This document shows positions 37,830 through 51,020 of a stretch of 64,000 bases of DNA, piece by piece; the first letter of the stretch is position 1, and every line of letters starts with the position of its first letter. The notes under the pieces are model-generated. The model searched no databases. It had not been told where the DNA came from and saw only the letters and a list, made by a program, of their open reading frames with translations. Source of the DNA: Lama glama (taxonomy: Eukaryota); NCBI GenBank assembly GCA_028534125.1, contig CM052816.1, forward strand, positions 37,574,001 through 37,638,000, written 5' to 3'. A program made the translations under genes and the position numbers.

Positions 37830-40162
37830 TAGTTTCTTTTGCTTCTAGTCTTGCACACTCCCCTCATTTTCAAAATTTCTTAGATCAGTACCATTTTTCA
37901 CACCCCCTTCAATGAGGTTGTCTCCTATGTTTACAATATGTTTTGTAACATTTTCCTCTCATACCAGGATCCATCAACCACCTGAATTACTTTTTTCTAA
38001 TTTGTATACATGGTGGTTCATTCCTTGTGCAGTAAAGTTCTATGAATTTTGGCAAATGTACCGTCATGAATCTACCAATGCAGTATAAAGAATTGTTTCA
38101 TTGTTCTAAAAATCTCCTGTACTTCACACATTCAGCTCTCTGCCCTCCTCCATCCCCCTGGTTTTCACTGATATCTTTAACATCTGTTCAATTTTGTTTT
38201 TCCAAAATGTTATATATCTGGAATCACAGAGTCCCTTTTCAAGATAAGTTTCTTTCGCTTATCAGTAGGCATTCGTAATCTACCCATATATTTCCATGGC
38301 CTCATAGAGCATTTCTTTTTATTTCTAAAAATGATTCCATTAAGTGAAGTTTATCCCTTCACTTAATATTAAAGGACATTTTGATTCTTTGTGGTTTTTT
38401 TGTCAGTTATGAATAAAACTGGTATAAGCATTTTTTGAGAGTTTTCGCATGAACATAAGTTTTCAAATCAATTATGTAAAAATTGGGAATGTGTTTGCTT
38501 AAATGTATGATACAAAGTATCTGTAATATTTTGCATTCCCAAGAGCAATGAATAGGGTTTCATGTTGCTCCACATCTTTGTCAGCAATTGGTATTATTGG
38601 TGTTTTGACATAAACTATCCTAATAGGTGTGCAGTGATATCTCTCTGTAGTTTAATTTGCAATTATCTCTTGACAAACAAGGCTGAGAATCTTTTCATAT
38701 GCTTGTTTTCTTTCTGTGTATCTTCTTTGGTGAAATATCAGCTCAAATATCAGCTCCTATGTTTTACCCTTTTTTAAATTGGATTGGTTTCTTACTGGTG
38801 CATTTTGAGAGTTTTTGTACATTTTGGTTAAAAGTCCTTTATCACATCCATGTCTTACAAATTTGTTCTCCCAGTTTCAGCTTTTCTTTTCATTTTCATA
38901 CTACTGACTCGCAGGACAGAACCTTTTCATTTTAATGAATCCAGTATATAACTCTTTTCTTTTATGAGTCGTATTTTGTTTTCTCTCTAAACCCTTCAAA
39001 TCCAAGGTCACATGTATTTTCACCTATATTTTCTTCTAGAAGTTTTTAAGTTCTGTAGTTTACATTTATACATGTGATCTGGTTTAAATTTGTTTTCATG
39101 AAACCTGTATCTAAATTTATGGGTAGTTTTTGTTTGCTTTTTATTTTGTTTTGTTTTTTCATCTGGACTTCGATTTCTTTCTGTAAAATCTGTTAGATGT
39201 TCAGCCGGACTTAAATACCTGAAATAAATTCCATCTTATCATGGTGTGTTATTTTTATTATACATTGTTGGATTTGATTAACTAGTATTTAGTAGGGGAC
39301 TTTTTTATCTATGTTCGTGAGAGATATTGTGTAGTTTTTGTCTGATTTTGGTTTTAGGAGAATTTTGGCCTCACAGCATGAGTTAAGTGTTTCCTTTGCT
39401 TAAATTTTCTGGAAGAATTTGTGGAGAATTATTACCATTTCTCTTGTAAATGTTTACTAGAATTCACCATTAAACCGTCTGGGACTACTGCTTTCCGTTT
39501 GGAAGCTAATTAATTATTGATTCTGTTCACTCAAGTTAATAGACGTAGACCTGTTCAAATTATCCATTCATCATTGTGTATTTGGTGCTTTTCATCTTGA
39601 AGAAATTGATCCATTTCATCTAGGTTATCAAATTTTGGAACATAGAGTTCTTACAGTTTTCCTTTATTATTATTTTAATATCTGTGGGATCTGAAGTGAT
39701 GGTTTCATTTTTAATATTGGTAATTTGCATTATCTCTCATTTTTCTTAGTGTGGCTAGAAATGATTAATTTCACTGTTCTTTTCAGACAATCTTTTCTGT
39801 TGATTTTTCTGTTGCCAGTTTTCAATTTCTTTGACTTCTGCTCTAATTTTTTGTTTGTTTGCTTCCTCTTGCCTCAGGTTTATATTTTTCTTCTTTTCTA
39901 CTTTCCTAAGGTAGAGGTTTAAGTTATTGATGTAAGAGATTTCTTATTTTAATATATATATTTAAAGCTGTAAGTTTCCCTGGGCACTGTATTAGCTTCA
40001 CCCTACAGATTTTGATGTTATGTTCTCATTTTCATTTAGTTCAAGATAATTTTACCTTATCTTTGGGATTTCAAGTTTAGCCTATTGTTATTTAGAAGTA
40101 TGTTGCTTAATATTCAGATATTTGGGAATTTTCCAGCTATCTTTCTGTTGTGGATTTCTAGT

Positions 40163-40533
40163 TGTCTTAATCCATTTGGGCTGTGATAACAAAATACCAG
40201 AGTCTGAGTAATTTATAGACAATAGAAATTTGCTTGTCATATATCTGGCGGATGGGAATTCCAAGACCATGGTGTCAACAGCTTTGGTGGGGTGGCTGGT
40301 GAGGGCTCACATCCTGGTTCATAGATGGTGCCTCCATGATGGGTCCTCACACGGTAGAAGGAGCTCGGGGTTGCTGTGGGATCTCTTTTATAAGGACACT
40401 CATCCCACACTCATGAACCCTCCACCCTTAATGGCCTGTGGTCCTCCCGATGGCCCCACTTCCTGATATTACATTGGGCATTAAGATTTCAATATATGTA
40501 TTTTGAGGGGGAACAGACATTTAGAGCATCGCA
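40163..40533 (-). mobile_element. MaLR solo LTR (MLT1A-like) nested in L1
   Basis: TGTCTTAATCCATTTGGGCTG...ACAAAATACCA; ends GAACAGACATTTAGAGCATCGCA; 5-bp TSD CTAGT/TTAGT. Confidence 0.85.
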
Positions 40534-42717
40534 TTAGTGTAATTCTCGTGTTAGAGAACACTTTTAAAATTATTTGTATTCTTTTTAAATTTCTGAAAAT
40601 ATGTTTTGCAACCCCAAGTGTAGTCCACACTGATGAATATTTTATGAGAGCTGGAGAAGAATGTGTATTCAATTGTTGCAGTATTATGTAACTGTCGTTT
40701 ACATTAAGTTGATTGATAATGCTATTTGGGTTAACAGTAGACTTTCAGATTTTCTGCCTGATTCATCTGTCAATAATGGAGAGAGAGAGATGGAATTCTC
40801 CTATGATAATAGTGGATTTCTCTTTCTCCATTTGCAGTTCTATCAATTTTTGACTCTTGTTACTTAATGCCCCTCTTTATTCATGATAATTTTCCTAGTT
40901 CTGATGTCTTCTTTGTGCAAAATTCATATAGCTACTCCAGCTTGCTTTTGAATCCTGTTAACATAATATAGATTTTCCACGTCTTTACTTTTAGCTTGTC
41001 TGATTCTTTATATTTAAAAAGGATTTCTCATAGATAGCAGATGGTTGGGTCCAGTTTGCAGTACTTCAACAAAAAAGGCTTCAGAATGAGGAAAGTTATC
41101 AGGAATCAAAAGGGACATTGCCTAATGAGATTCAGGAATGGACAGAACAGGGAGGATACATAGAGAAAGCTCCTGTTGCTGTTGGAGCCATCTGTACCCT
41201 GATTTTACGCTTCCTTGTTTCTGTTTCTCTTGAAATGTCTTCCTCCTGAAAGAGAGTCAGCATCTTACAGCTGAATCAGCTATGATCCACCTTTATCCTG
41301 AAGCCCTTTTCGGGTGCTTTTTAGTTGGTGGGTAAAGAAAGCATTCCATAATCTTAGGTTTAAATCTCAAGCTTTTCCGTGGGCCCCTCTCTGGGCTGTG
41401 GCCCCACAGGTGCTGTTTCACCGGCAGAGCTTCTTTTTCTCCCCTGGTAGGTGGGATACGAAGCTAAGGCCTGGTGTGGAAGCAATGCCCTTCTCCAGCT
41501 GGGATAAGGTTTCAGTCACATATTCTTTCCATGGAGAGGAGGACTTCAGCTTGGAGAACACTCCAGACATATTTCGCAATGATTACTCTTCCCTTTTACT
41601 ATTTGCCAGTCATTAGACGATCTTTCTTAGAACTTCACATTGAGAACCTAGGAGATTTCCTAGAATTAAAGCGGTTGAAAGTGTGGACACTACTCCTCAG
41701 ACTTTAGCATCCACAGTTTCTCACTCTCGACCTCATCCTCACTCAGCCTCCAATGATTCATAAATGTTACCATTCAAGTGTTACTACAGCTCATGGCTCC
41801 TGTACCTTCCGTGCCGTGTAAGCTGATCAGGGCTGTGACTCTGCACTAAGCTGTCTCTCTAGGTCTGAACGGGACTGGTTTGTATCATCAGTTCTCTGAC
41901 GGTTACAGGAAAAATAATTCATTGTCAGTCTGTTTAGCTTTTTCTCATTGCTCGAGTGAGAGTGACAGCTTCTAAGTTCTTTGTTGGGGCCAAAATGAGA
42001 AATCAGCATTATTTATTTTGTTGCTTATGTTGTTCTAAATTTGGACCCATTCAGAAATTTTTCAGAGCGGCCTCTGTTTTCTGTAGATGTTGTTGATGGT
42101 GCTATTATTATGATTATTCGGCATTTCCTTACTTTTTGGCAGTTCAGGAGGCTCTGGTGTCATCCTCTTGTTTCCCTTCCCCTGCATAGAAACAGCCACT
42201 TCTCTAAGGAATCCTGGTTGCTTTTACTGGAGAATGATATTTAGAAACCAAAACATTGTCCCTGGGTTTGCTTTTTGCTACTGTAGTTCTAGAAATTTTC
42301 AAATTCGCCTCCATGTAATTTTTACTACACCATGTTTATTTTTCTTGTAAACATTATCTGTACTTTTTGAATATAGGAAAAATATAAAAAACAAGAACAG
42401 TGCTACTTAAAATATTATGTTCTCCTACTACCTGGGAAAACCTAAATCAGAATATGTAGGCATATGACCAAAAAACCTACTTCTCAAACACTCTATAAGT
42501 TGTTTCTGTATCCTCTAAAGTTAAATTAAAATTATTGTCCTAAAATATTCAATGATCTCCATGCTAATTGAGAAAAGAAAATATTATATATTTTTAATTC
42601 TTATTACAGGAGTGGTACGTGTGAAGTAAGAATTTAACCTTAAGAAGTCCAAAGAAATAGTCACCATTTTTGTATAGCAATTTTAGAAAAGTAATAAAGT
42701 TAAGAAACTTGAGTACA

Positions 42718-43159
42718 TGTAGGAGACGCTGTACCACATGTCATCCGTGCCACCGTATTAAGATGAAAGCACTGTTTTCCTCCTTGCTAGGGGTGCTGGT
42801 GGCTGATGTCCATGTACCTCTCTGATAATTGCCCTGGTTGAAAAGAGCCACCTATACCAAGGTTACCCTCCCAGTGCCAGGAGTAATCCATCCCCAGTGA
42901 TTTGTCAGTATGGGGCTATGCAAAGCCACTGCCCTTCCCTCAACTGGGGCCGTCTTTGAGAAGCACGCCAGCTCCTGAACCACTTGTGGGATAGCCTAGG
43001 CTGTCGTTGCAGATGTTCTGTAGTTCAAAGTCTTCCTCTGCCCAGCCCTGCTTTTCTCACACCTGACTGGTGGCATTTTTTAGAATATTTCCCTATAAAT
43101 TTTCTGCACCCAAATCGCAGCACCTCAGAGTTTGTTTCAGAGGAACCCAATCTGTGCCA
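42718..43159 (+). mobile_element. LTR16-like ERVL solo LTR
   Basis: TGTAGGAGACGCTGT start; AATTGCCCTGGTTGAAAAGAGCCACC...CCAAGGTTAC; end CTCAGAGTTTGTTTCAGAGGAACCCAATCTGTGCCA. Confidence 0.8.
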
Positions 43160-44469
43160 ATGTTATGTCCTCATAATGCATTATATGAGGAAACAATGGA
43201 AGATTAATAAAATAATATAAAAGTTTCATTGTGCGTTTAGAATGTAGCTGGCCTGTTTACTTAGACTTTGCGTTTCATATTCCCAGGAACACCTTGAAGT
43301 TCATTTTGAAATAGACATCCATCTGAATTATGCCATTATGCAAATTGCATCTATTTTGAACTTTGATTCCAGTCAGGCTGTTGATTAAAGTACTTCTAAA
43401 TAAATAAATAAATACTTTCAATATCTAGAAAGTACTTTCAAATAAATAAATAATACACCTAAAATTAATTATCCTGACTTTAAAAAATAACCTGGTGTTT
43501 ACAGGAAGACCACAAAAAGTGTAAGGTCCGAGAGATTGCCATAAGTACTTTTATTTCATTTGCCATAGCTTTGAGAAAAGAGGAAGATGATAATTGGTTT
43601 TCCTTTTATATATTCTCATAATGGCAAATACAGATGATGGGGAGGAGGAAAGCTAAAATAATTAAATTACTGAAATATTAACCACTTTTACTGCTTTTGT
43701 ACATCTCTTTTGCTTTAGTTTTCATTGAGCTATGATTATATTGCAGATATAAATTGGTACCCATGTGTACCTGATAGTCCACTACTTTTATACATCATTA
43801 ACCTATCATGAACATTGATTATGTAAGTAAAAATTATTCTGAAATATTCTAATGAATACATAATATTCTATTGAATTCATACTTCATAGTTTATTTCCAT
43901 AATGTTATTTTTACATTGTTTTGAATATTCCCTATAATGGAAGTTCTGTAATATTTATTTTTGTGCATGATGCTCTCATAACATTTTGATAAAATTTTGT
44001 TATTGTGTCTCTGAAATGGAATTATAAGTGAAATGGTATATTGCCACTTTTTCACTTGAAATTTATTACAAAAGTTTTATCAAATATATTTCTAAATCAT
44101 TTAAAGTTCTACCTAAAATAGATGATACCTATTTTATCATGTCCTTGCCAGCATAATATATTCAATATAGGCTAATTCTAATCGTGAAAATTGAAGTTGA
44201 TGGGCAGTCAGTGAATGAATTTAAATGTTAATAGTTGTATAATCTGTATGTGTTCTGAAATCGTTACACAGTTTAAGTTATACAGAATAGATTGGAGAGG
44301 GCAAACTAGACAGCTTGAAAAATGTTAAGAGGTATGTAAACAATACTGGTTTATAGGTGGCCTAGAATATGGAAGTGTATAGGCAAATTCTACATATATT
44401 TTGGGGAAGCACTTGACAATTTTATCTGAAGGTAGATTCTGATGTCCTACAATGTCCTCACAGTTTCAT

Positions 44470-44790
44470 TTTATGCACATATGTGTGTGGGGAATGCGTG
44501 CATGTCAGTCTGGGTGAGACAATGCAAGTGTACAAGTGAGTGCATGTGTGAGGGGAGGTATACACATACATTTGTATGAGTATCTTTTGGTAGTTTCTGT
44601 GAGTGTGTTTGTACAAGGATAGTCATCTCTGTGTTCACGTGGAGGAAGTTCATGTGTGCGTGGGAAAATGTATGTGAGATATGTACATCTGTGTTTGTAG
44701 GTGAACTCACACGTCTGTTTGAGGGTGTGCTTCTGTGTGTGTCTTCTGAGGGAATGTGTACTTCCATTTGGGGGATGTCAAGCATTTGAG
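44470..44790. repeat. Degenerate (TG)-rich low-complexity tract
   Basis: Repeated TGTG/GTGTGT/CATGTG motifs; explains His/Thr-rich ORF 44471-44785. Confidence 0.7.
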
Positions 44791-44799
44791 ACTGAGATG

Positions 44800-46580
44800 A
44801 GGTAATTACTTACCGAGGTGGGGGAGTGGGGGAATTAGGTTTTGGTACTATCACAGAGAGGAAAGAGAGGAAAATATTTAATGAAATAAGGGGTCCTCAG
44901 TAGAGTCAACTGAGACATAGAACAAGGTGAAGTTAAAAAAGTAAATTATTGGATTAAGCAAAATGGAATCATTGGTGACCTGGGCCAGATCAGTTTGAAT
45001 CAGGTATAACCCAGACTGGAGGATGTCAAAGAATAGTTCGGAATTCAAGAAGAGGAGACAATATAATATATACAGACTATTTTTTCAAGATGCATATTTA
45101 TGAGGGAGAACTGAGGTAGGAGGCTCGAGTTGGATGGTGTTATAGGCAGACGGGGGGGGGTTGAGTTTTTTTTGTTTTGTTTTGATTTTAGGATACCAAA
45201 TACTACAGCACGTTTTTATATTTATAAAAACAATCCATTAGAGATGGAGAAAGAAGGACACCCAAAGGATAAAATGAGGAGGATGGAATCCAATGGGCAA
45301 TTAGAGATTTTTGGCATTGAGAGGAGTAGGGATATTTCTTTTGAAACAGGACAGATGCACTGAACAGGTAGATTTTAATAGTGAAGGGAAGGTGAGAGTC
45401 CTGCAGTCTGGTAGCTTCTACTTTATCAACAAATTAACAGATTATATCAGAGTTTATATGAGAATAGCTGTTGCCAAATAAAAATTATGACATAAAAGAC
45501 AAACATGATAGATTTGCAGAGAAATTTTGAATGTCAGTTTGACTCTGATGGTCTTGAATTTTTTGGACACTAATCTGAAGGTAGGACTCTCAGAAGGCAT
45601 GCTCACCCAATCAGAGGTGAGTATGGAAAATGCAATACACTGAGTTTATTGTGATTATGGATTTATTAGGTAATTTGAACTGAGGGAAACAGAGACTGAG
45701 GATTTGAACCAGTTGTGTAGCTGATTTATACATGTTAGTCATTGAATATAAGGTAGAAAAGGAGAACATGATGAGAAAAAGATATTTTGAGCTCATTGGA
45801 TTGGGTTATATAACTGTGTTTGATACATTTTAAAATTTCCTACCTCCTTCAGTGAAGCCTGTGGCAATTTAGAAGCAAGTGGACAAAAAGATAGGCTGTT
45901 TCATTTGTTATTTTTTGCCACAGTAAATATCTTAATTCCTACTACTTGCCAAGTATTACTCTAGGTACTGGAGAAACAAGGTGTAAAGAAAGAATAAAGA
46001 AAATATCCTCACTGCCCTCCACCCCGGAATTTAAATCCTAGTGCCAGTGGCAGATAATAAATAAACTCATGTATAATATGTTAGCAAGTAGTAACTGCTG
46101 TAAATGAAAGAAACAAACACAGCTAAAGACTGAAGTACATGTTCTTAAAATTGGTTTGTTTAGACCAAACTATCTGAAAAGGTGACATTTAAAGAGCAGT
46201 TTGAGGAAGTAAAAAATAAACTGTAAGAATACATGAGGAAGCATATTTAGGCAGAGGGAAGAGCAAGTTAAAAGTCTTGAGTTTGGGGCACACTTGATAG
46301 GTTTGAGGAAAAGCAAGCAATCGTAGCTGAAGGATACCACATGTGATTTTTAGCAATAACCAAGGACCTGTGATGGAAACTTAAGAGTTTATTTTAAAAG
46401 TGGTAGAAACTTACTGGCGTGTCCTGAATGGGGGAAGGACATACTCTTATTCACGTATTGAAATCACTGTTGTGTTTTTGGTGGCCAATGGAAATACAAG
46501 AATGGAAGGCTATGGAAATATTCTAGCTGAGACATGTATGGAATAATGCTAGTGATGATAGAGAAGGGTTGCAGCCAGTT
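44800..46580 (-). mobile_element. L2 LINE fragments
   Basis: TTGGATTAAGCAAAATGGAATCATTGGTGACCT; CTAGGTACTGGAGAAACA; GGTGACATTTAAAG; TTTAGGCAGAGGGAAGAGCAAG antisense L2 motifs; similar sequence at ~48000-48380. Confidence 0.55.
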
Positions 46581-46869
46581 GATGTTCCCTATAAATTTAA
46601 CTATATACCCACCATGTGACCCAGCTGTTGCAATTCTAGGTATTTATTCAAGAAAAGAAAATAGTGCATTATTTTGAAAATAAAGGCTGAAAGTGTTGAC
46701 TGCTGAAACAAGATAAGACTCATAACTGTGGTACTATTTTATTGAGCAAAGCATATTGAGACCTCTCTTGTGACATAAGGTTTTAGGAAGCTTTGTGTTT
46801 AGCAGTTGACACACTTTCAATGCAGGAGTGTTTCTAAAAGAGATTGGTGTAGAAAGAATTGCTTCCATT

Positions 46870-47402
46870 TGTTACCCCAAAAGGTAAAGACCCTGTTCTT
46901 GTCATACCTGAAAGGCAAGTTTGCAATTGAGAGGCGGTGCGTTGTGTAGCGAAAGCTTTTAAAAGATTTATTTAAAAGGAAAGGAAAAGTACACCCCCAA
47001 GAACGGGAGGTGGGCTGATCCAAGGGGGGAAAAGCGGCAGTTTCCTTCTCCCCTTTCTCTTATGCTCTCACTTAGAGGTGGTCTCTTGATTGACTGACGG
47101 CTGTTGTCCCTGGACTGCTTAGTCATGTTTGGCCCCTTACCCATGGTGTACACAGAAAAACCCATGGGCGAGCAGGGGCGGGGCGCTAAACTGCAGTGTT
47201 AATTATAAGCCAATGAACACTGGGTCCTGTCCAGTTAAGTCCTTTCTGCTACCGCGCAGTCATAGCTGTCGGGTTCTAACCAGTTTCTTGCTGGCACCCA
47301 TTTAAAGGAAGTAAAGACCCTTTATGCTGGAAGTGGGCACAATGCCATCTTCTGGACCAATCTACCTCTTCTCCACCTATCTGCCCAGTGCCTCCACTTA
47401 CA
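46870..47402 (-). mobile_element. Young ERV1-type solo LTR
   Basis: TG...CA termini with perfect 4-bp TSD CATT (46866-46869, 47403-47406); minus-strand AATAAA at 46967-46972; GC box 47175-47184; CCAAT 47210-47214. Confidence 0.85.
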
Positions 47403-47542
47403 CATTGTTGCAAAGCTAACAATGGGTAATTTTAAAGAGATCAGGTACTTTTAATTCTGGTTGAGGGTTCTGTCATAAACATCTAAATACAGAGGTGATA
47501 GCTTAAGTGCTATGATAGTTCCCTCAGATGTGATAACAGGAG

Positions 47543-47985
47543 TGTTGGGCAGCACCCCAAAGGCCTACAAGCCCTGTGCTTGCCCAGCTTCAAGACTGAA
47601 GAAGACGCCCGGAGTCAGCAACAGACACATGAACGGTTTAATGGATGGGGAAGCTTACCTGTCTGCAGCAAGGTCCTGGAGCAACCCCCCCGCCACCCCA
47701 CCATGCGGTGGATGGTGGGCAGGACACGGTGGATGGGTAGGGGGAAGGAAGGAGGTTACCAGTTACGGGGGAATTGATGTCAGGCTGGCTTGTCAGTTAC
47801 CAGGGAAACCTACAGAGGAGAATACCCCTCTCTGCCCCTTTGATGAGAACAGTCACTAGTTGGGGCCTGGGGCAGGTGTGTAGGAAGGTCAGTCGTGTGA
47901 GTAGGTGTAGGTGAGGCAGGAACTGGTTGAGCAGGGGATGTACAGAGAGCAAGAGAATAGCCAGCTTGAGTGGCCTGATCATACA
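47543..47985 (-). mobile_element. Solo LTR, probably ERVL class
   Basis: TGT...ACA termini, 5-bp TSD-like AGGAG/ATGAG, minus-strand ATTAAA near 47637. Confidence 0.75.
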
Positions 47986-49959
47986 ATGAGGAATTAGAAA
48001 GATTCAGTAGGGACTATCTTTTTGAGCTTATAATGAGAAGAAATGAACATGTAAAACATGCATGGAAGGGAGAGGAGAAAAGGAGAGTTAATGGAAAAAA
48101 TTAATTCTTCTAAGAGATGGGACGACGAAAGTGTCTTAGGAAACAACAAATATACATAAAGGAATACAACCTGAGGAAGCGTACACCTGTTTTCCCTGAG
48201 AAAATAAGTGGATAGTGAAACAATAAGTCTTGATGAGAAGGAGGGAATATCGTGTGTGACACATTTCGTCAGCAAGTTAAAGTTCTGAAACTGAACAGTG
48301 ATGGGAGTTGGGCTGGGTTTTACCCCGAGAGTTGTGAGGAAATTCAAAATGATAAACGTCATTAGGAACTTTAGGATTTGGAAGGCATCTTTTTGTAGTG
48401 GATCCCATTCTGTTATAAAATACCATTTTTTAAATATAATATATGATACTTTTTTTCTAAATTATTATTTTATGGCCCTCTGGGGTGTTTAACCTTGTAA
48501 ATCTCATTCATTTTCAAAATTTGCCATTGACCTACTTCTCCTAAAGGCTCTATTTTAATGTATTTATGATCATATTTATATTTTATATGTTGCTAATTGG
48601 TCTTGTATTACCTTGAGCAGGAACTTCATTTATCTTTGTCCCGGGACTTTAATGCAATTTTAGGTAGCCTGTAAGAACTCCGTGAAGACACTTCAGGGGA
48701 AAAAAAGTTTTAACAGTAGGACATAAACGTTAAACTTTTGTTATTTCATTTAAGAAACAGAGTTAAAAATGGGTAGCAGTTCTAGGTGGGTATCTAATTA
48801 CTTTTGCTTCAAAAGTATGAACTGTTCCAAGGACTTTTATCTTTAAAAGGAAAGAAAATATATAATGAAAGAGCAGATGAGTCAGTATCTTCTGAGTGCT
48901 TCAGATGTTCAAAAACTTAGTCTACGGTAGTCACTTAATAAATGATCAATCACCCACTATTTCTAGTGGGAAAGAAGAAATCATTCACTTAATTTTCTAC
49001 TGATTTGATCTTGGATCTGTGTTTTGAAAGATAAGCTATCAGAGGCAGGGGAGGAAACAAGGTTTAGGAAAAAGGAAGTAAAGATGTATATGCATTTATT
49101 ATCTAGTGCTTTTATTTTTTTAAAGGCCTGTGTGTGAAGCATAAATAACCATAACATGGAATATAATATCCATGTTTAAGATTAGTTATAAAAACTACCT
49201 ACATGGTTTAGAGACATGCACGCTTTTGACTGATAATAATTCACTATTCTTTAGTTTCTTCACTTAAATAGTTATATGCCTCCTAGATTCTGAAGGATAG
49301 GAAATTATGATAGTTTGAAACAAAAATCTAAATTTAATCTAGTACTTTTTTTTTCTGTAACTCTCTTAAATACATAAAGAGAAAAAAAAACTTGGGAGCA
49401 AGGGAGAGCTTAAAAGTAAATATGGACTTTTCAGAAACAGGTGATTTGAGTTTCTGTGGTTATCACTGAAGATTAGGACCACCGATTTTACACCAGAGAA
49501 GCCCAAAGCCTAGCTTAATCCGTATTTTGTGTGCCACCAAAGTGTTATAAATCCAAACAAATAAACCAAATAGCAGAACACATACACATAAAACAAGCAA
49601 AACAGTATGAGTCCTCATTCATTTAATGGGTTTTTATTTGACATCTATTACATGTTAAGCCTTAGACTATATAGATTTATTTGACGTGGTAGGATAGTTT
49701 ATATGGGATCAATTTTTCAACTAATAAATAAATCAGTTACTTTGTGCTAAATTGTGTAATTTAACATAGAATATAAATTTTAAAAATTATAATGGAATAC
49801 TAGTTTATAAAATCCTTTCCAAAACACTATGTGAGAATGCCTTTAAAAAGGAGAAAGGGAAAATCCAGACCCAGGAGTCAGTTTTGCAAGAGGCCCCTCG
49901 AGGAAAATGTTCAACTCGCAACTAACTTTGCACAGTGTCTACTGCATAGGATTCTTTTC

Positions 49960-50280
49960 TTTCTTTTTTTTCCTATTTATTTAAAAATTTTTTCCATTTT
50001 TTTTGCTGAAGTATAGTCAGTTCAAAAAGTGTCCATTTCTGGTGTGCAGTATAATGCTTCAGTCATACATGAGCATACATATATTTGTTTTCATGTTGTT
50101 TTTCAACATAAGTTACTATAAGATATTGAATATAGTTCCTTGTGCTATACAGTATGAACTTCTTATTTGTCTATTGTATATATAGTAGTTAGTATCTACA
50201 AATCTCAAACTCTCAGTTTATCCCTTCGCAACCCCTTCCCTACTGGTAAACATAAGTTTGTTTTCTATGTCTGTGAATTG
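49960..50280 (-). mobile_element. Young lineage-specific L1 3' end (camelid-like)
   Basis: T-rich tail then GAAGTATAGTCAGTT...AGTTACTATAAGATATTGAATATAGTTCCTTGTGCTATACAG...TTTGTTTTCTATGTCTGTGA. Confidence 0.85.
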
Positions 50281-50966
50281 AATAGTTTTGTAAGTATCCT
50301 GTTTTGCTAAATAGTAGTAAAGAGCTATGGGGGAAAGTATCCACCTTTGCCTCTTTTTGGACCAGATGGGATGTTTCGAAGATGACTGTTTCTTATATCG
50401 ATTAGATTTCGGGGATGGCAAGATAAGGGAGAAGCTTAATTTCTTTTTTCTTTATGTAATGTGTTGCACAGTATATTCTTTATATAGGATATTTTACATC
50501 ATGATTATGTGAATTTTCTAATAAAATATGTATTGTTTTTAAAAGTATGAAGCATTCAGAACATATGTACAGGTATTTAATGATAAATGACAAGGTAATG
50601 CAAATATTCTGAAATTACTTCTGTTTTAGGAAGGGAAAACTAAGTTAAGGTCTGAAAGATAAAACTAGCGCATAAACTTATGAACGCTGAGAAAACCTAA
50701 GAATGAGAAAGCGTAATACAACTAACACACATTCACATTTGGTCTTCCCTTTTCTGGTCTAAGGAATCCCACATGCTTTGTATGTGTTATTACATCTTCT
50801 GTAGCGTCCAGAATTCAATTCCTGAAACTTGCTTGCCTAAGCCTGCCACTACTCTTTATGAACCTGGCATCCATCTCAAGAAACATTGATGTTCCAGTTT
50901 TTATTATTCTTTGAGATGGAAGAAAGGCTTGTATTATTTGTAAATGGACACTTGTTTTCATTCAAC

Positions 50967-51020
50967 CTCTCTCTCTCTCTCTCCCTCTCTCTCTCCACAC
51001 ACACACACATACACACACAC
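50967..51020. repeat. Compound (CT)n(CA)n microsatellite
   Basis: Directly visible. Confidence 0.95.

Larger units (their letters stand above)
35265..42280 (-). mobile_element. Composite of old L1M/L1MC fragments (3'UTR, ORF2, endonuclease, 5'UTR) with nested elements
   Basis: L1MC-like 3' blocks at ~35270-36000 and ~36470-38400; ORF 36269-36475 LFPDDTILY (FADD-like); endonuclease start (DPTICYL) near 41030-41050; 5'UTR-like 41300-42000. Confidence 0.7.

Noticed and set aside
44471..44785. His/Thr-rich 104-aa ORF
   Set aside because: Translation of a degenerate (CA)n tract
47512..48362. ORFs of 115 and 122 aa
   Set aside because: Within an LTR and L2-like sequence; no protein motifs
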